A stretch of DNA of 64,000 nucleotides from Rhynchopus sp. YZ270_cl-10 (taxonomy: Eukaryota). The position numbers and the translations under genes are program-made. Below are positions 26,607-37,867 of the stretch, piece by piece (the stretch's first letter is position 1; each line of letters opens with the position of its first letter). The stretch lies in NCBI GenBank assembly GCA_964035575.1, contig OZ037835.1:2046001-2110000 (forward strand), read 5' to 3'. Below the pieces are notes generated by a model. The model saw nothing but the letters and a program-made list of their open reading frames with translations. It ran no database searches and was not told the origin of the DNA.

Positions 26607-27082
26607 TAAGGGCCCCCCTCTCCGTTGTAACTGTTTTGTTGGTATCTTGCACACCACGCCAGATGGGGACTTCACTCACATCGATGGGTGGTTTTGTTTT
26701 TGCCCCCCACTCTCCCCCTCTCCCTCCCTGCGAGGCATAGGTGTTAACCCTAGGTGGCATCATCATGCAGTGGGTCCGTCGAATAGCCTGCATCAACAAC
26801 TTCTTCTTTCTTTGGGTGCAGCGAACTGCAGTACCTGTATGCTCACAACTCTTCAACGGAAGGTGGTCCGCCGGGCTGACGAGCGGGTGTGTACCGCCCT
26901 CGTTCTCTTACGGTACGGGTAGGTCTACGTAGGTTTCTTTTTCGTTGTTGGCCGCAGGGTACTTGCTTTCATTCCGCTGGCATCGTACGTGGGTCAGCGG
27001 GAGGGTGCCTGCATTAATAACTTCACTTTCTTTTCCCTCCTTTTAGTGTTCCCACTCTTTCCACACCACCTACCCTTCTCAG

Positions 27083-28923
27083 ATGGCCGCTGTTCAGACC
27101 ACTCCTGCCATCAGGGCGACACTAAAACTACACAAATGGGCCTCAGGGTTTACCCCCGGCACCACAGCCGCACAGCACATGGTGAACATCTGGCGCGCAC
27201 AGCGTGGTACAAAGCGGGCCACAGTCAGATCGTCGCTGACACACATCTTTGCCAGCCGTCGCCCTCCAGTTCGTGCCCTACGAGCCGCCATCCTAGAGCG
27301 TGCGGTGTCACAACCCGCAGGCGTGACGACCGCCGAGCTCTGGGCTTGCGCAGCGTATTTCCGTAAATGGGGGGTTCCTATTGACGAGCACCTTGCCTGG
27401 CTGCTTCTTGAGGCCTGCGAACGCGATTTTGCGCACTCCACACTTCAGGAAACGCCACCCACAGATACGACTACTTCGCTCCCAGGAATAGATGTCATGG
27501 AGGGGCACGCATGCCCGGTTCTGTTTGCACGGCGTCTTCGCCTTCTGTGGACGTGGCTTCAAACAGATAGAGTGCACCCCGGGAGACACTTTCTTGAAGC
27601 ATCTTTGAAAGCAAGCAATACGCTCTCGAATCTTTCTGTGCTCTTCAGTGAGCGAAGCGAACCGGGTCGGCCGAGGCATGCGCGCACCTATTTGGCGTCG
27701 ATCTCGGTCATATCAGGCAACATCGCTGCGGACACGGCGCGGAACACTTTGTCTGCCATGCGTGCCCTCGGTGTTTCCCCGACACAACACCACGCAGAAA
27801 CCGTTTTTACAATTCTTCTTCGCTCCCGCCGCTTTCCCGAAGCAGAAGCCCTCTTTTGCAGCAGTCTTTCCGACGATGCACACCGTGAGCGCCTCATCTC
27901 CTCCGCAGCGGGAACGAATCTTCGCGGGTTTTCGCAGCTGTTTTCTCGCTGGGGCAGCGCCTCGCTTGCACCCCACGTTGTGGTGTGGTATGCTCATGGC
28001 GCTGGAGCGCCTTGCACCGAATGTGGTGAAGGCAACAACCACCACGGTGCGCCCCCTCTCGAAGGGGAAGAGCGTGTAGTGCAGTGTAAGCTGCGGAGGC
28101 CAGTGCTTGCGAACAGGGTTCAGTCGCAGTGGGAGCGGTTGATCGGGGAGCAAGCAGGCGGAGCGGGGCACAGTGCGGCAGCGTTACGGCTGATGCAGTG
28201 GGTGCGCGAGGAAAATGTGGAGCATGTGTGGCAGAGACAGCACCTCGAGGCGTTGATGCAGATCTCCCTCCAAGCGCAGCCAACAGAATACAAGGCAGTG
28301 GTTAACGCAGTGAAGGAAGTTGGTATGTTTTTTTTGGTTGAAAAAAAGAAAGAACCCGGTTCTGCTGCGCGGGTTTACACCATGTGTTTCGGGTATCCAA
28401 GGAACAGAAGGGTACAAAGTACAGAACAAAAGTCTTTGTTCCACCCTCATACACTCGCTTCTTTGTTTCTCCCTTCATACACCACATATGGCGCCAACCA
28501 ATGTGCGCTGAGCAACGCTATGAGGGCCCATCTCAAGGTCAACCCCGCGTGCACTCTTCCAGCAACTTTGTGAGTTTTGCTGTTTTTTTTCCCGAAAATT
28601 AGCCACGCAGAGGCCTGCATCCTTCTCTTCCCCCAAGAAGTATTTGCCCGATCAAAAAAAAAAATTTTACAGTGAACCGTGTTGGGACCTTCGCTGATGC
28701 TCTTGACACTGAAGTGCTGACCACGACCTTGCTGCACAAGCGTTATCATGGTGATCACGCAGGTGTGGAGGACGTTGCGAGTGTCGTGTTAGCACGCAAC
28801 CAGAGTGCTGCTGCTGCCGCACTGTGGGCGCTGAATGGCCTCCCTACCACACAGCGACGCACTGCTTTGACTTCTAAATTGGCGAAAGTAAATAAAGATA
28901 GCGTTTTTACAAAAGAAATATGA
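27083..28923 (+). CDS. Hypothetical helical-repeat (PPR-like) protein, 2 exons (27083-28322, 28673-28923)
   Basis: Phase-1 GTATGT donor at 28323 and TTACAG acceptor at 28672 restore frame with ORF 28672-28923; PPR-like ARNTLSAMRALGVSPTQHHAETVFTILLRSRRFPEAEALF; Arg-rich, acid-poor N-terminus. Confidence 0.65.
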
Positions 28924-29094
28924 AACAACAGTACACAGTGGGGATCATAAGAGATTTTGACAAAGGGCCAAACCCTTTTTTTTTCCAGTTGTGCAGTTAA
29001 GAAGGCAACTTCCTCTTTAGCATGACTCCGCTTTCGATCTCCAATGCCGTATCTGCTGCCCTCAAAGAAAGGTTAAAAAAGGTTTTCAGAAATA

Positions 29095-29127
<33 letters not shown>

Positions 29128-29659
29128 CAAAATTCACTCGGGACGAAAAGCACCCCCGCTAGCCCAAACAGACCACACCTATTGTGCCGCCAGGACTAGA
29201 ACGAAAAAAGGAATATTTTTTTAACCACTGAGTTACAGAGTACAGAACCGTTCAACCGGTTATTTTTTTTTTGGGCAGAGGACCACCCAAGATTCATGAC
29301 CCTGTATCCGCAATGACTCTCCTACCATATCTGACTGATGAGTGGAAGCGGGAGTAGCACATATCAGATGCAAACCACGAAATGGATGTACGTCTGCGTG
29401 GGGTTCACCCTGGTATAGCCGGTCATTGTACCAAAAGTACACTGTCACGAGAGGGCTTTTTTTATTCATCAGTCCTATTCGTGGTCCTTTACCCCCCCCC
29501 CTTCCTTTACCCCCCCCCCCCCCCTTATTTTACCCCCTTTTTCAGAAAAAAACGGTTCAGCCCAAAATAACATGGTCCTTTACCCCCCAGGCCTCAGCCT
29601 AACTGGGGGGTAGGCAGGCCAACACGGATTAGGGGTGGTGGGTCCCCCCCCCCCCCCTA

Positions 29660-30847
29660 GGGGGTACGACTCCAGCCATTTTTTGCGCACGGAAAATTCA
29701 TTTGGCATTATCTGGTCATCTCCAAGGCAACTGCGGGTGAAAAACACCCTCAGAGTGGGTCACAGGGGGCCTGTGGGTCGAAAAACGACCCAGAAGCCAC
29801 CCCAGAATACAAAAAAATGGAAAAAAATAGTGAAAAAACGGCTTTTTTCACGTTTTGGCCACTTTGGGCAAAATAGCGATTTTTCGAGAAAAAAATCAAA
29901 AACCGGGATATTTTTTGACATCACAAAGCCTCCTTTGGCACAAATATACCCCAAAAGTGGCCTGTGAGTCCATTCCAACCTGTTTTGGACATATTTGACA
30001 CTTTTGGAAGTGTTTTTTTGGTGTTTTTAGGTCAAAAAAATGCCCAAGACGTCCCCAAGACATCCCCAAGACACTTTGCACACCCCCTGTTACGGTCATA
30101 TTTTTTTCGTTTTTTTGCCTGAAACCCCCAAAATACCCCTCCCGGACCCCACATAGTCCCGAATATCCATCACACACCCACTCAGAGTGAGTAGAAGCAC
30201 CCCAAAAAAAATATTTTTTAAAGCCCTAAAATTGTGCTTCAGTTTCGGCAGCATCCATGTTGAAGTTGAAGGGCTTTAAAAAATATTTTTTTTGGGGTGC
30301 TTCTACTCACTCTGAGTGGGTGTGTGATGGATATTCGGGACTATGTGGGGTCCGGGAGGGGTATTTTGGGGGTTTCAGGCAAAAAAACGAAAAAAATATG
30401 ACCGTAACAGGGGGTGTGCAAAGTGTCTTGGGGATGTCTTGGGGACGTCTTGGGCATTTTTTTGACCTAAAAACACCAAAAAAACACTTCCAAAAGTGTC
30501 AAATATGTCCAAAACAGGTTGGAATGGACTCACAGGCCACTTTTGGGGTATATTTGTGCCAAAGGAGGCTTTGTGATGTCAAAAAATATCCCGGTTTTTG
30601 ATTTTTTTCTCGAAAAATCGCTATTTTGCCCAAAGTGGCCAAAACGTGAAAAAAGCCGTTTTTTCACTATTTTTTTCCATTTTTTTGTATTCTGGGGTGG
30701 CTTCTGGGTCGTTTTTCGACCCACAGGCCCCCTGTGACCCACTCTGAGGGTGTTTTTCACCCGCAGTTGCCTTGGAGATGGCCAGATAATGCCAAATGAA
30801 TTTTCCGTGCGTTTGGTCCCAGCCAAAATGGCTGGAGTCGTATCCCC
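29660..30847. mobile_element. Foldback element with near-perfect ~570-bp inverted arms and ~42-nt spacer, TA TSD in a poly-C tract
   Basis: 29660-30227 is the reverse complement of 30270-30847; related in sequence to 21319-22502. Confidence 0.85.
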
Positions 30848-30872
30848 TACCCCCCCCCCCCCCCCCTCTGTA

Positions 30873-31245
30873 CACGGTTGTACAGGGGCTGGGCCGAAGA
30901 AAAATTTTTCCAACCAATTTTTGCCCACAAAAAATCGAAAAAAAAAATTTTTTTTTTCGATTCTCCTGTGTCTGTGCGTGCTGTGATGGGGTCATTTCGC
31001 GCTCAGAAATGAGTATTTTTTGACCCAAAATACATGTGTCAGTTTTGGACTGAAATTTTCAAAAATCGTGTAAAAACTGACACATGTATTTTGGGTCAAA
31101 AATACTCATTTCTGAGCGCGAAATGACCCCATCACAGCACGCACAGACACAGGAGAATCGAAAAAAAAAATTTTTTTTTTCGATTTTTTGTGGGCAAAAA
31201 TTGGTCGGAAAAATTTTTCTTCGGCCCACCCCCTGTGTAACTGTG
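30873..31245. mobile_element. Small foldback element (~175-bp arms, CACGG/CTGTG ends); right terminus interrupted by the element at 31246
   Basis: 30885-31046 pairs with 31073-31235; removing 31246-33985 restores ...AACTGTG|TA, matching left TA|CACGGTTG. Confidence 0.7.
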
Positions 31246-33983
31246 CACGGCGGGGTCCGCACACCCCGAGGGTCCGTAAAACGGCATGTTAGGACACTCC
31301 CTCTTTACGGAGTGTCATTACGTACCCTAGGGTCCGTAATTACGTACCCTAGGGTCCGTAATTACGGACCCTAGGGTCCGTAATTACGGACCCTAGGGTA
31401 CGTAATTACGGAGCCTCCCAGGGAAAGGGACTCTCGAAAATTTTTTTTTGCCCCCGTTTAGGGCTAATTTCGACGATTTGAGGCCATTAAAAGCAAAATT
31501 TGGCACTTTTGAGCATCTGTGGGGGTCTAAAACGCAGTTTAGAGTACCACAATTTTTAGTGGGTTTTACCGAAAACAAGTCAATTTTTGGGCCGAAAAAA
31601 AAATTTTTTTGACATCACAAAATTGCCCTTGGTGGGCCTATGTGTCCTCAATGAAATGCAAATATAGCTATTTTTAACTTTCACACACAATTTTAACGGG
31701 TTTTACCTGTGTACCTGTGTATCTGTGTACCTGTGACTGGGTACTGGGTACTGGGTACTGGGTACTGGGTACTGGGTACTGGGTACTGGGTACTGGGTAC
31801 TGGGTACTGGGTACTGGGTACTGGGTACTGGGTACTGGGTACTGGGTACTGGGTACTGGGTACTGGGTACTGGGTACTGGGTACTGGGTACTGGGTACTG
31901 GGCACCCAGAGAAAGCACCTTAAAAGCAGCGAAGGCGCAGGTTACGGGGAAGACAAGGTATGTAATTATGTTTAACTTTCAGTTACTAGTGAAGATTGAA
32001 CAAAAAAATGCCGCATATTTCAACTTGTTCGTGTTTTCAACTCGAAATAAACGCGTAATGTTCACACTATTAAATAGCTATTTTTTTACGCACCAATCAT
32101 TTTGTGTCACCTCATGACATGAAGGAGGAAATAGAAACAAAGCATTTTGAACACACTTGCGGTTCTGGGGACGAACCGCGCTGCAGAGCCACTCCTCAGG
32201 TCGAGGTGTGTGCGTTTCACCACAACCTCTCCCATGGGTTTTATCGTGTGATGAGTGTTACGTTTCTATTTGGTTCCACAGGCGCTCGTTACCTGCTTCA
32301 CATAATTCACCTCGCTTCACTCGAACCATTTGTGCAGCAGGTCACTCTCTCGACCTGTAGCGTGGAAAAAATCTATCTTATTTCACGGCAATAAATAGCC
32401 TTTTTTATTAACCTCACCTTTCCCGACTACTACGTTTGTATACCATAACTTAATCACACCCCACATTTACACTTATACAGGATCGTGAAGTCTGAACTGC
32501 ACCCGCGATTGCGATGAGAAGCTTCACCGCGGTCCGACATTCAACAACTCAAAATCTACCCGCATCAATCTATTCTGAGTTTGCGGACGAAGATCTGGGT
32601 GGAGGGGGGTGGGTACACTTAGTCAGTCACTGCTATAGCCATTAACCAAGGGAGCATAGCTAGTGCAAGAAATTCGACTTTGGAAACCTTCCGGAAAGTC
32701 TGTCCTCTGCTTGCGGAGGACTAGACACAAGAAAATATTGCGTTCCCCCAGAAAACCAGTGCACAATTCACACTCCTTGTGGGTGGTCTTGTTGCCTTTT
32801 TGGTCAACAGTAATTTTGGCCCAGGCATGCTCTTGAAGCATGACAATTTAGTGTGTATGGGGCAGGGTGTTGTTTTGTTCTGAATTCTCTTTGTTATAAC
32901 ATCTAAGTCAATCGCGGGTGGTGGTTTGTGTAGCGTGAGGCACTCTTTTTAACAAACTTCCTGCGGCTGCTAAAGTGTTATTTCTTCGGATTTAACAACG
33001 TACAGCGTAACATAGTGGATTAGCCTGGTCGACACAACCTTTGATAGCTATGGGATAACCAACCCCCTTCGACCCCTTGTGGGTTCACTGAACAAGCCCT
33101 AGTGGTAGTTAAACGCGATTGACATTTACATTCCTAAAGATGAAAGAACAAGACAACACTTCTGTACCCGCGCATCAAAATTGTGGAAAACTTTGCACCC
33201 CAAACACCCTCAACAACGCCCGCCAAAAGGCGCCCCTTGTTGCTGGGACTTGGTTCTCATTGATACACTGCACAGCAGGCATTCCTCTGAGTCCAACGCA
33301 GTTTGGCCTGTCTGCAGCGTTGCACCGAAGGTGCACGAAGACAGGGTCTGGTGGTAAATTTTGCGTCGGTTTGTTGTCAAAGAAATATTCCACCATGTAT
33401 TGAGGAGGGTAAGACAGTGTTCGCAGTTTCTACTTGATAGCATTACAACATTTAACTTCTCCACGGGGGTCTTGGGCCGTTCACTCGGTTATACCTTGAC
33501 TACCGGAAGATATTCTTGAGGCCTTTTTGGTCTCTAGAATATCCGGTCTTCCCGAACGGAGGCACACTTTGTGTGTTACTACGACCTGGCAATTTCCAGC
33601 AGTAGGTTAAGTAATCTTTCTTGTAAATTGTTGGATCATTATCTCCTCAGTGCATGGTGGAAGACGTCTTTGACAACTAACCGAGCTCACGACTTTTTTC
33701 GGTATGTAACTTGGGATAGGCCCACATGATCATGGTCTATCATGTGGTACCTGTGTACCACTCGGTTTGCTCCCAGGGCTTTTCGACCAGCAGTCACACA
33801 TCCAAACAGTGATTTCCCACCTTAGACCACGTAATTACGTACCCTAGGGTCCGTAATTACGGACCCTAGGGTACGTAATTACGGACCCTAGGGTCCGTAA
33901 TTACGGACCCGGGTCCGCACTTGAGGGTCCGTAAAGAGGGTCCGTAAAATTTACGGACCCTCGGGTGTGTGGACCCCGCCGTG
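31246..33983 (-). mobile_element. CACG...CGTG TIR element, copy B, inverted relative to copy A, TG TSD
   Basis: TG|CACGGCGGGGTCC ... GGACCCCGCCGTG|TG; near-identical reverse complement of 22550-25807 lacking ~24680-25290. Confidence 0.85.
31736..31901. repeat. 7-bp tandem array (ACTGGGT)n
   Basis: Visible tandem repeat; shorter version at ~24645-24678 in copy A. Confidence 0.95.
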
Positions 33984-34167
33984 TGTACAGCGGTGGGGGG
34001 GGGGGGGGGGGGGGTACCACCCACCCCCCAAGGCCAACATCGGCCGAAAAATTACCCAGAGGCCTGATTACCCCCCCCCCCTTATAATACCCTGTGTGGC
34101 TGGTACTTTACCCCCCTGAGGGGGGGTAAAGTACCAGCCACCAGGCAATTTTTGGGTAATTACCACA

Positions 34168-34260
34168 ACACGCCAGGTGGTGTTTTGTCACGAGTGACCT
34201 AAACCCACGAGCGAAGCGAGGGGGTTTAGGTCCCTCGTGACAAAACACCACCTGGCGTGT
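34168..34260. repeat. ~93-bp hairpin with CGAGCGAAGCGAG near the apex
   Basis: ACACGCCAGGTGGTGTTTTGTCACGAG..GACCTAAACCC pairs with GGGTTTAGGTC..CTCGTGACAAAACACCACCTGGCGTGT. Confidence 0.85.
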
Positions 34261-35067
34261 AATTATAGGGTAATAATTTCATAATGCAGCGCACACTTGT
34301 TTTGTTTGATGGTTTGCTGGGAGGGGCTGATGTGTTCAGCGGGTCGTACACATCCGTAGACTGTAGGACTCGTCTGATATGAAGCTGGAGACAAGCTCGA
34401 AATGAGGAAAGGGGTAAAGTGCAAATAATCCTTCACTCCTGTTTTGCATCGCGTGTGCAGGTAGATGGGTGCAAGTGGGTACGTTTGTGCTGCGTGGGCG
34501 ATACGTTTGGGACACCTCACGGAATCTGAGGCAACATCGTGATCCCTCGTCATCCCTGACCAGTCATGGTACAGGCACGGGCAGAAAGATGATGTGGATG
34601 CTGTGGATTTGCATGATTCATGACTACTTGCGATGTCGCAAGGAGGTGAGGAATTTTTTTCAGACGATATATTTGTCATTAGATCATGTGTCGTCACACT
34701 GTGTTGTGCAAAATTTCACCCCACGGTGTTGGAAAATGTCCCCCCTTCCCACCCAAAAACGTGACCAAACCCATAACATGGTCCTTTACCCCCCCCCCCC
34801 TTACCCCCTCCTTTACCCCCCCCCCTTATTTTACCCCCCTATTTCCAAAATTTCCGGTTCACCGACCCAAAGGGGGGGGGGGGGTAAAGGACCACGAATA
34901 GGACTGATTCATTGTTTCTTTCTGGGGTTCGATAACCCGGAGAAGCGGACGATGGGGCGTGCACTTTCAACTTTTCTTTCAATTATGATATATTCGTGAG
35001 ACTACAAGGAGAGGTTTTGTTTCATTCCATAACGTTTCTTCCACCCAAATACCAGAGTCTACCCACA

Positions 35068-36249
35068 ATGCCCCCCTCCGATGCGCCCCTGAGTTATGAA
35101 GACAAGGTCGTTCTCGCTCCGATGGTCCGGGTCACGTCCCTGCCGTTTCGCATACTTGCTGCACAGCATGGTGCCGAGGTGCTCTTTTCTGAGGAGCTCA
35201 TTGCACAGAAGATCGTCAAGACCAAGCGCCGTGAGGACGTCTCACGCAACATGGTGGAGTACATCCTCACTGAGCAGCATGGGAAACTCAAAAAGCAGCA
35301 GCTCCTCGAAACGCTCATCTTCGCCACGCTCCGCCGCGAATCCCGCGCCGAACACCCTGAAGGTGCCCCTGTTGTACTCCAAATCGGGTCCGCCCATCCA
35401 CACCTTGCTGCTCAAGCCGCACAGCATATGGAACGTGACGTGGACGGCATCGACCTGAATATGGGCTGCCCCAAGGAGTTTTCGCTGAAAGGAGGGATGG
35501 GTGCAGCGCTGTTGTCCACTCCTCAGTTGGCTTGCGACATTCTGAAGAGCATGGCTTCCTCTGTGTCGGTACCGGTTACAGTCAAAATGAGGATGCTCCC
35601 AGACAAGGAGGAAATGCTGTCTCTTCTCCGGAACGTTGCCACAACGGGAGTAAAATGTGTTTCGATCCACGCCCGCTTCAAGGAGACCCGCTACGAGACC
35701 CCCCCCTTTGTCAGCTATCTCGAAGAGATTGTTGCGGAGCTTCGTGGCTACCCGCTGCCGATTGTTTTCAATGGGGACGTAAAATGTCGTGCTGGGTGCT
35801 TCGAGCTGGCAGGGGCAAAGGTGAACGGGGTGCGTGGTGTTATGATTGCGAGAGGGGCGCTTCAAAACCCTACTTGCTTCTCGTCAACCCCACTCGGCAA
35901 GGCGGAAGCTTACTCTGCGTATCTTAAGCTGTGCGCCAAATACAAGGGGGGTATGCGTGATGTAAAGTACACCCTCAGCAGGTCCTTTCAAGAGCATAAG
36001 GAGTGGTTTGCGGTCCACGACGCGATTCAAAAAGGGAAATCGCTCCTCGAGATGTGGGTCGCATTGGGGAATGAGGCAACTGACGAAGAGATGGTGGCGC
36101 TTCTGGCAGACTACCAAGATCCTATCAAAATCATTCCAGGGGTGATAGAGGCCCCGCAGAAGAGGAAGAGAGAGGAAGATAACAAAGCTGAGGAGGGGGG
36201 GACACAGGGGGAAGCAAAACGGCCTTGTCTGAGAGAAGAAGCTAAGTAA
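35068..36249 (+). CDS. DUS2: tRNA-dihydrouridine(20) synthase, Dus2 family
   Basis: KVVLAPMVRVTSLPFRILA..GAEVLFSEELI, VVLQIGS, GIDLNMGCPKEFSLKGGMGAALL, VTVKMR, IHAR, NGDV and VMIARGAL motifs. Confidence 0.92.
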   Translation: MPPSDAPLSYEDKVVLAPMVRVTSLPFRILAAQHGAEVLFSEELIAQKIVKTKRREDVSRNMVEYILTEQHGKLKKQQLLETLIFATLRRESRAEHPEGAPVVLQIGSAHPHLAAQAAQHMERDVDGIDLNMGCPKEFSLKGGMGAALLSTPQLACDILKSMASSVSVPVTVKMRMLPDKEEMLSLLRNVATTGVKCVSIHARFKETRYETPPFVSYLEEIVAELRGYPLPIVFNGDVKCRAGCFELAGAKVNGVRGVMIARGALQNPTCFSSTPLGKAEAYSAYLKLCAKYKGGMRDVKYTLSRSFQEHKEWFAVHDAIQKGKSLLEMWVALGNEATDEEMVALLADYQDPIKIIPGVIEAPQKRKREEDNKAEEGGTQGEAKRPCLREEAK

Positions 36250-36944
36250 ACATAGTGTTGTATCTTTAGGACAAAAAAAAAAATACTTCAAAACATCATA
36301 GCAGAACAAAAAGACGAACGGGGGGGTTTTTATATTTTTTTTATACCGACCCTCCCCCGTGAAATTACCCCCCCTCTGACCCCCGGGGGCAAAATACCGG
36401 TTTTTTGGGGGGACCATTTCACCGGGGAGGGTTGGTAATAACCTTTTGTGTGCCTGTCACTGACATCTGAAAAAGGGTGTCCGTATAAGGGGTTATCAAC
36501 TTTTTTTTTCCACTTTTCTTTCAGAGTTTTCTTAGTGGTGACGTGTGTGTGACTGAGTGTGGGGATGCTTTCAAGAATTAAACTCTTCCCCCCAAACCCC
36601 CTTTTCATCTCTAGTTTTCTTTATCCAAACGTCGAGTGGACGCGTAATAATTTTCACTTTTCTTTCAGAGTTTTCTTAGTGGTGTGGGGTGTGCTGAAAG
36701 CGGTTTTTGTGTTTGTGGGTGTACATACTTTCTTTTGTTTTTGTCATTGTGGAAACATCGGGTGATCTAAAATTGTCAAAGAAAAAAATGAAATTGGAAA
36801 AGGAAGAAAAAAGAAGCGGGGGTGTGGCCAGAGGAGAAGAAGACAAGGACAGATACTAGCATCCTGGGTCACCACCCAGTTCAAACCTATGTCTTTCTCT
36901 CTCCCCGCTTTTTCCTGTTTTGGCGTTTTTGTTTTTATTATGCA

Positions 36945-37212
36945 CACTACTTTGTGAGGGGAAAGTGTCACGTCGTTCAGCAGTGCCTGCGTCCGCCAAT
37001 GAATGGTGAAGGCGTTTGCAGTTTCAACTTCTCTTTTTTTATCTTCTTCAGACATGCGTTCGTTTCCTATGACACCAGTCAAAAAAAATTCAAAAAAAAG
37101 CTCCCCCCTCTCGAACATTGCACCACAACGAGGGTGCGTTCAATGAAAATCATTTTTTTTTGTGCAGAAAAAATTAAACGTCAGAATTCATTTTTGTTTT
37201 GTTCACCTCCCC
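36945..37212 (+). repeat. ~270-bp dispersed repeat; second copy at 45757-46025
   Basis: Direct sequence comparison (ACACTACTTTGTGAGGGG...TTGTTCACCTCCCC). Confidence 0.85.
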
Positions 37213-37221
37213 AGACATGTT

Positions 37222-37651
37222 AGCCACATGTCATTTTACATGTAAAGTGACATGTGCCACAGGTGAAATGACCTGTTAAATACATGTCATTTTTAGATGG
37301 CACATGTCATTTACTTCACCGTCGTGTAGGGGTCCGGGTTTGGGAGCACACAGAGGTGAAGTAAGTTACATTACATGTAATGTTACACGTAAATGACATG
37401 TAACTTCGCATGTAATGTAACAGTTACATGTAATAGTTACATGTGATCATGTTACATGTAAAAAACCCACCCACCATAATTTTCACAACGATTTTTGAGG
37501 ATTTTTTAGGTCTTACCAGAAATCACCGCCGAAAGCTGCCCAGAACCACCCCCAAAACCATCGTACCACTACCTGATTTCGCCACCTGTACCACATGTAA
37601 CAAAAGTTACATGTAATACCACATGGAACACCCGTTACTTCAGTCGTCGTG
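37222..37651. mobile_element. Remnant ends of CACG-type elements with ACATGT subterminal repeats
   Basis: Two right-end motifs (..CCGTCGTG|TA near 37327, ..GTCGTCGTG|TA at 37651), each preceded by dense ACATGT(C/A)A repeats. Confidence 0.5.
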
Positions 37652-37867
37652 TACCCTGAGGGTCCGTATGGGCCACCGTGTGTCTGTGTGTGTGCCCCAC
37701 CAAAAAATCGCTAAGGGCCGTTAAAAAATGACCCCCCCCCTATGGCAACGACCTGTCAGCGAACTGTCAATATCGGCCCCCCCTGGAGCACCATTCATTC
37801 AATTTTTTTTCCTCCCCAGAAACTTCTCGTACCCCCCTTTATAAGACCCAACAGGGAAAACCATCCG

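Larger units (their letters stand above)
29470..34906. mobile_element. Outer TIR element with CAG termini and 6-bp TSD ATTCAT (hAT-like), host to several nested insertions
   Basis: ATTCAT|CAGTCCTATTCGTGGTCCTTTACCCC ... GGGGTAAAGGACCACGAATAGGACTG|ATTCAT. Confidence 0.75.

Noticed and set aside
28323..28573. C-terminal part of ORF 27083-28573
   Set aside because: Reads into a predicted GT-AG intron; the spliced form joins 28673-28923
31693..31975. ORFs with VPSTQYP/GTGYWVL repeats (and VPGYLGTW at 20122-20409)
   Set aside because: Translations of 7- and 8-bp microsatellites
22550..33983. One composite transposon that carried the PPR-like gene in
   Set aside because: The outer flanks are TA and TG, and each copy has its own matching TSD, so they inserted independently
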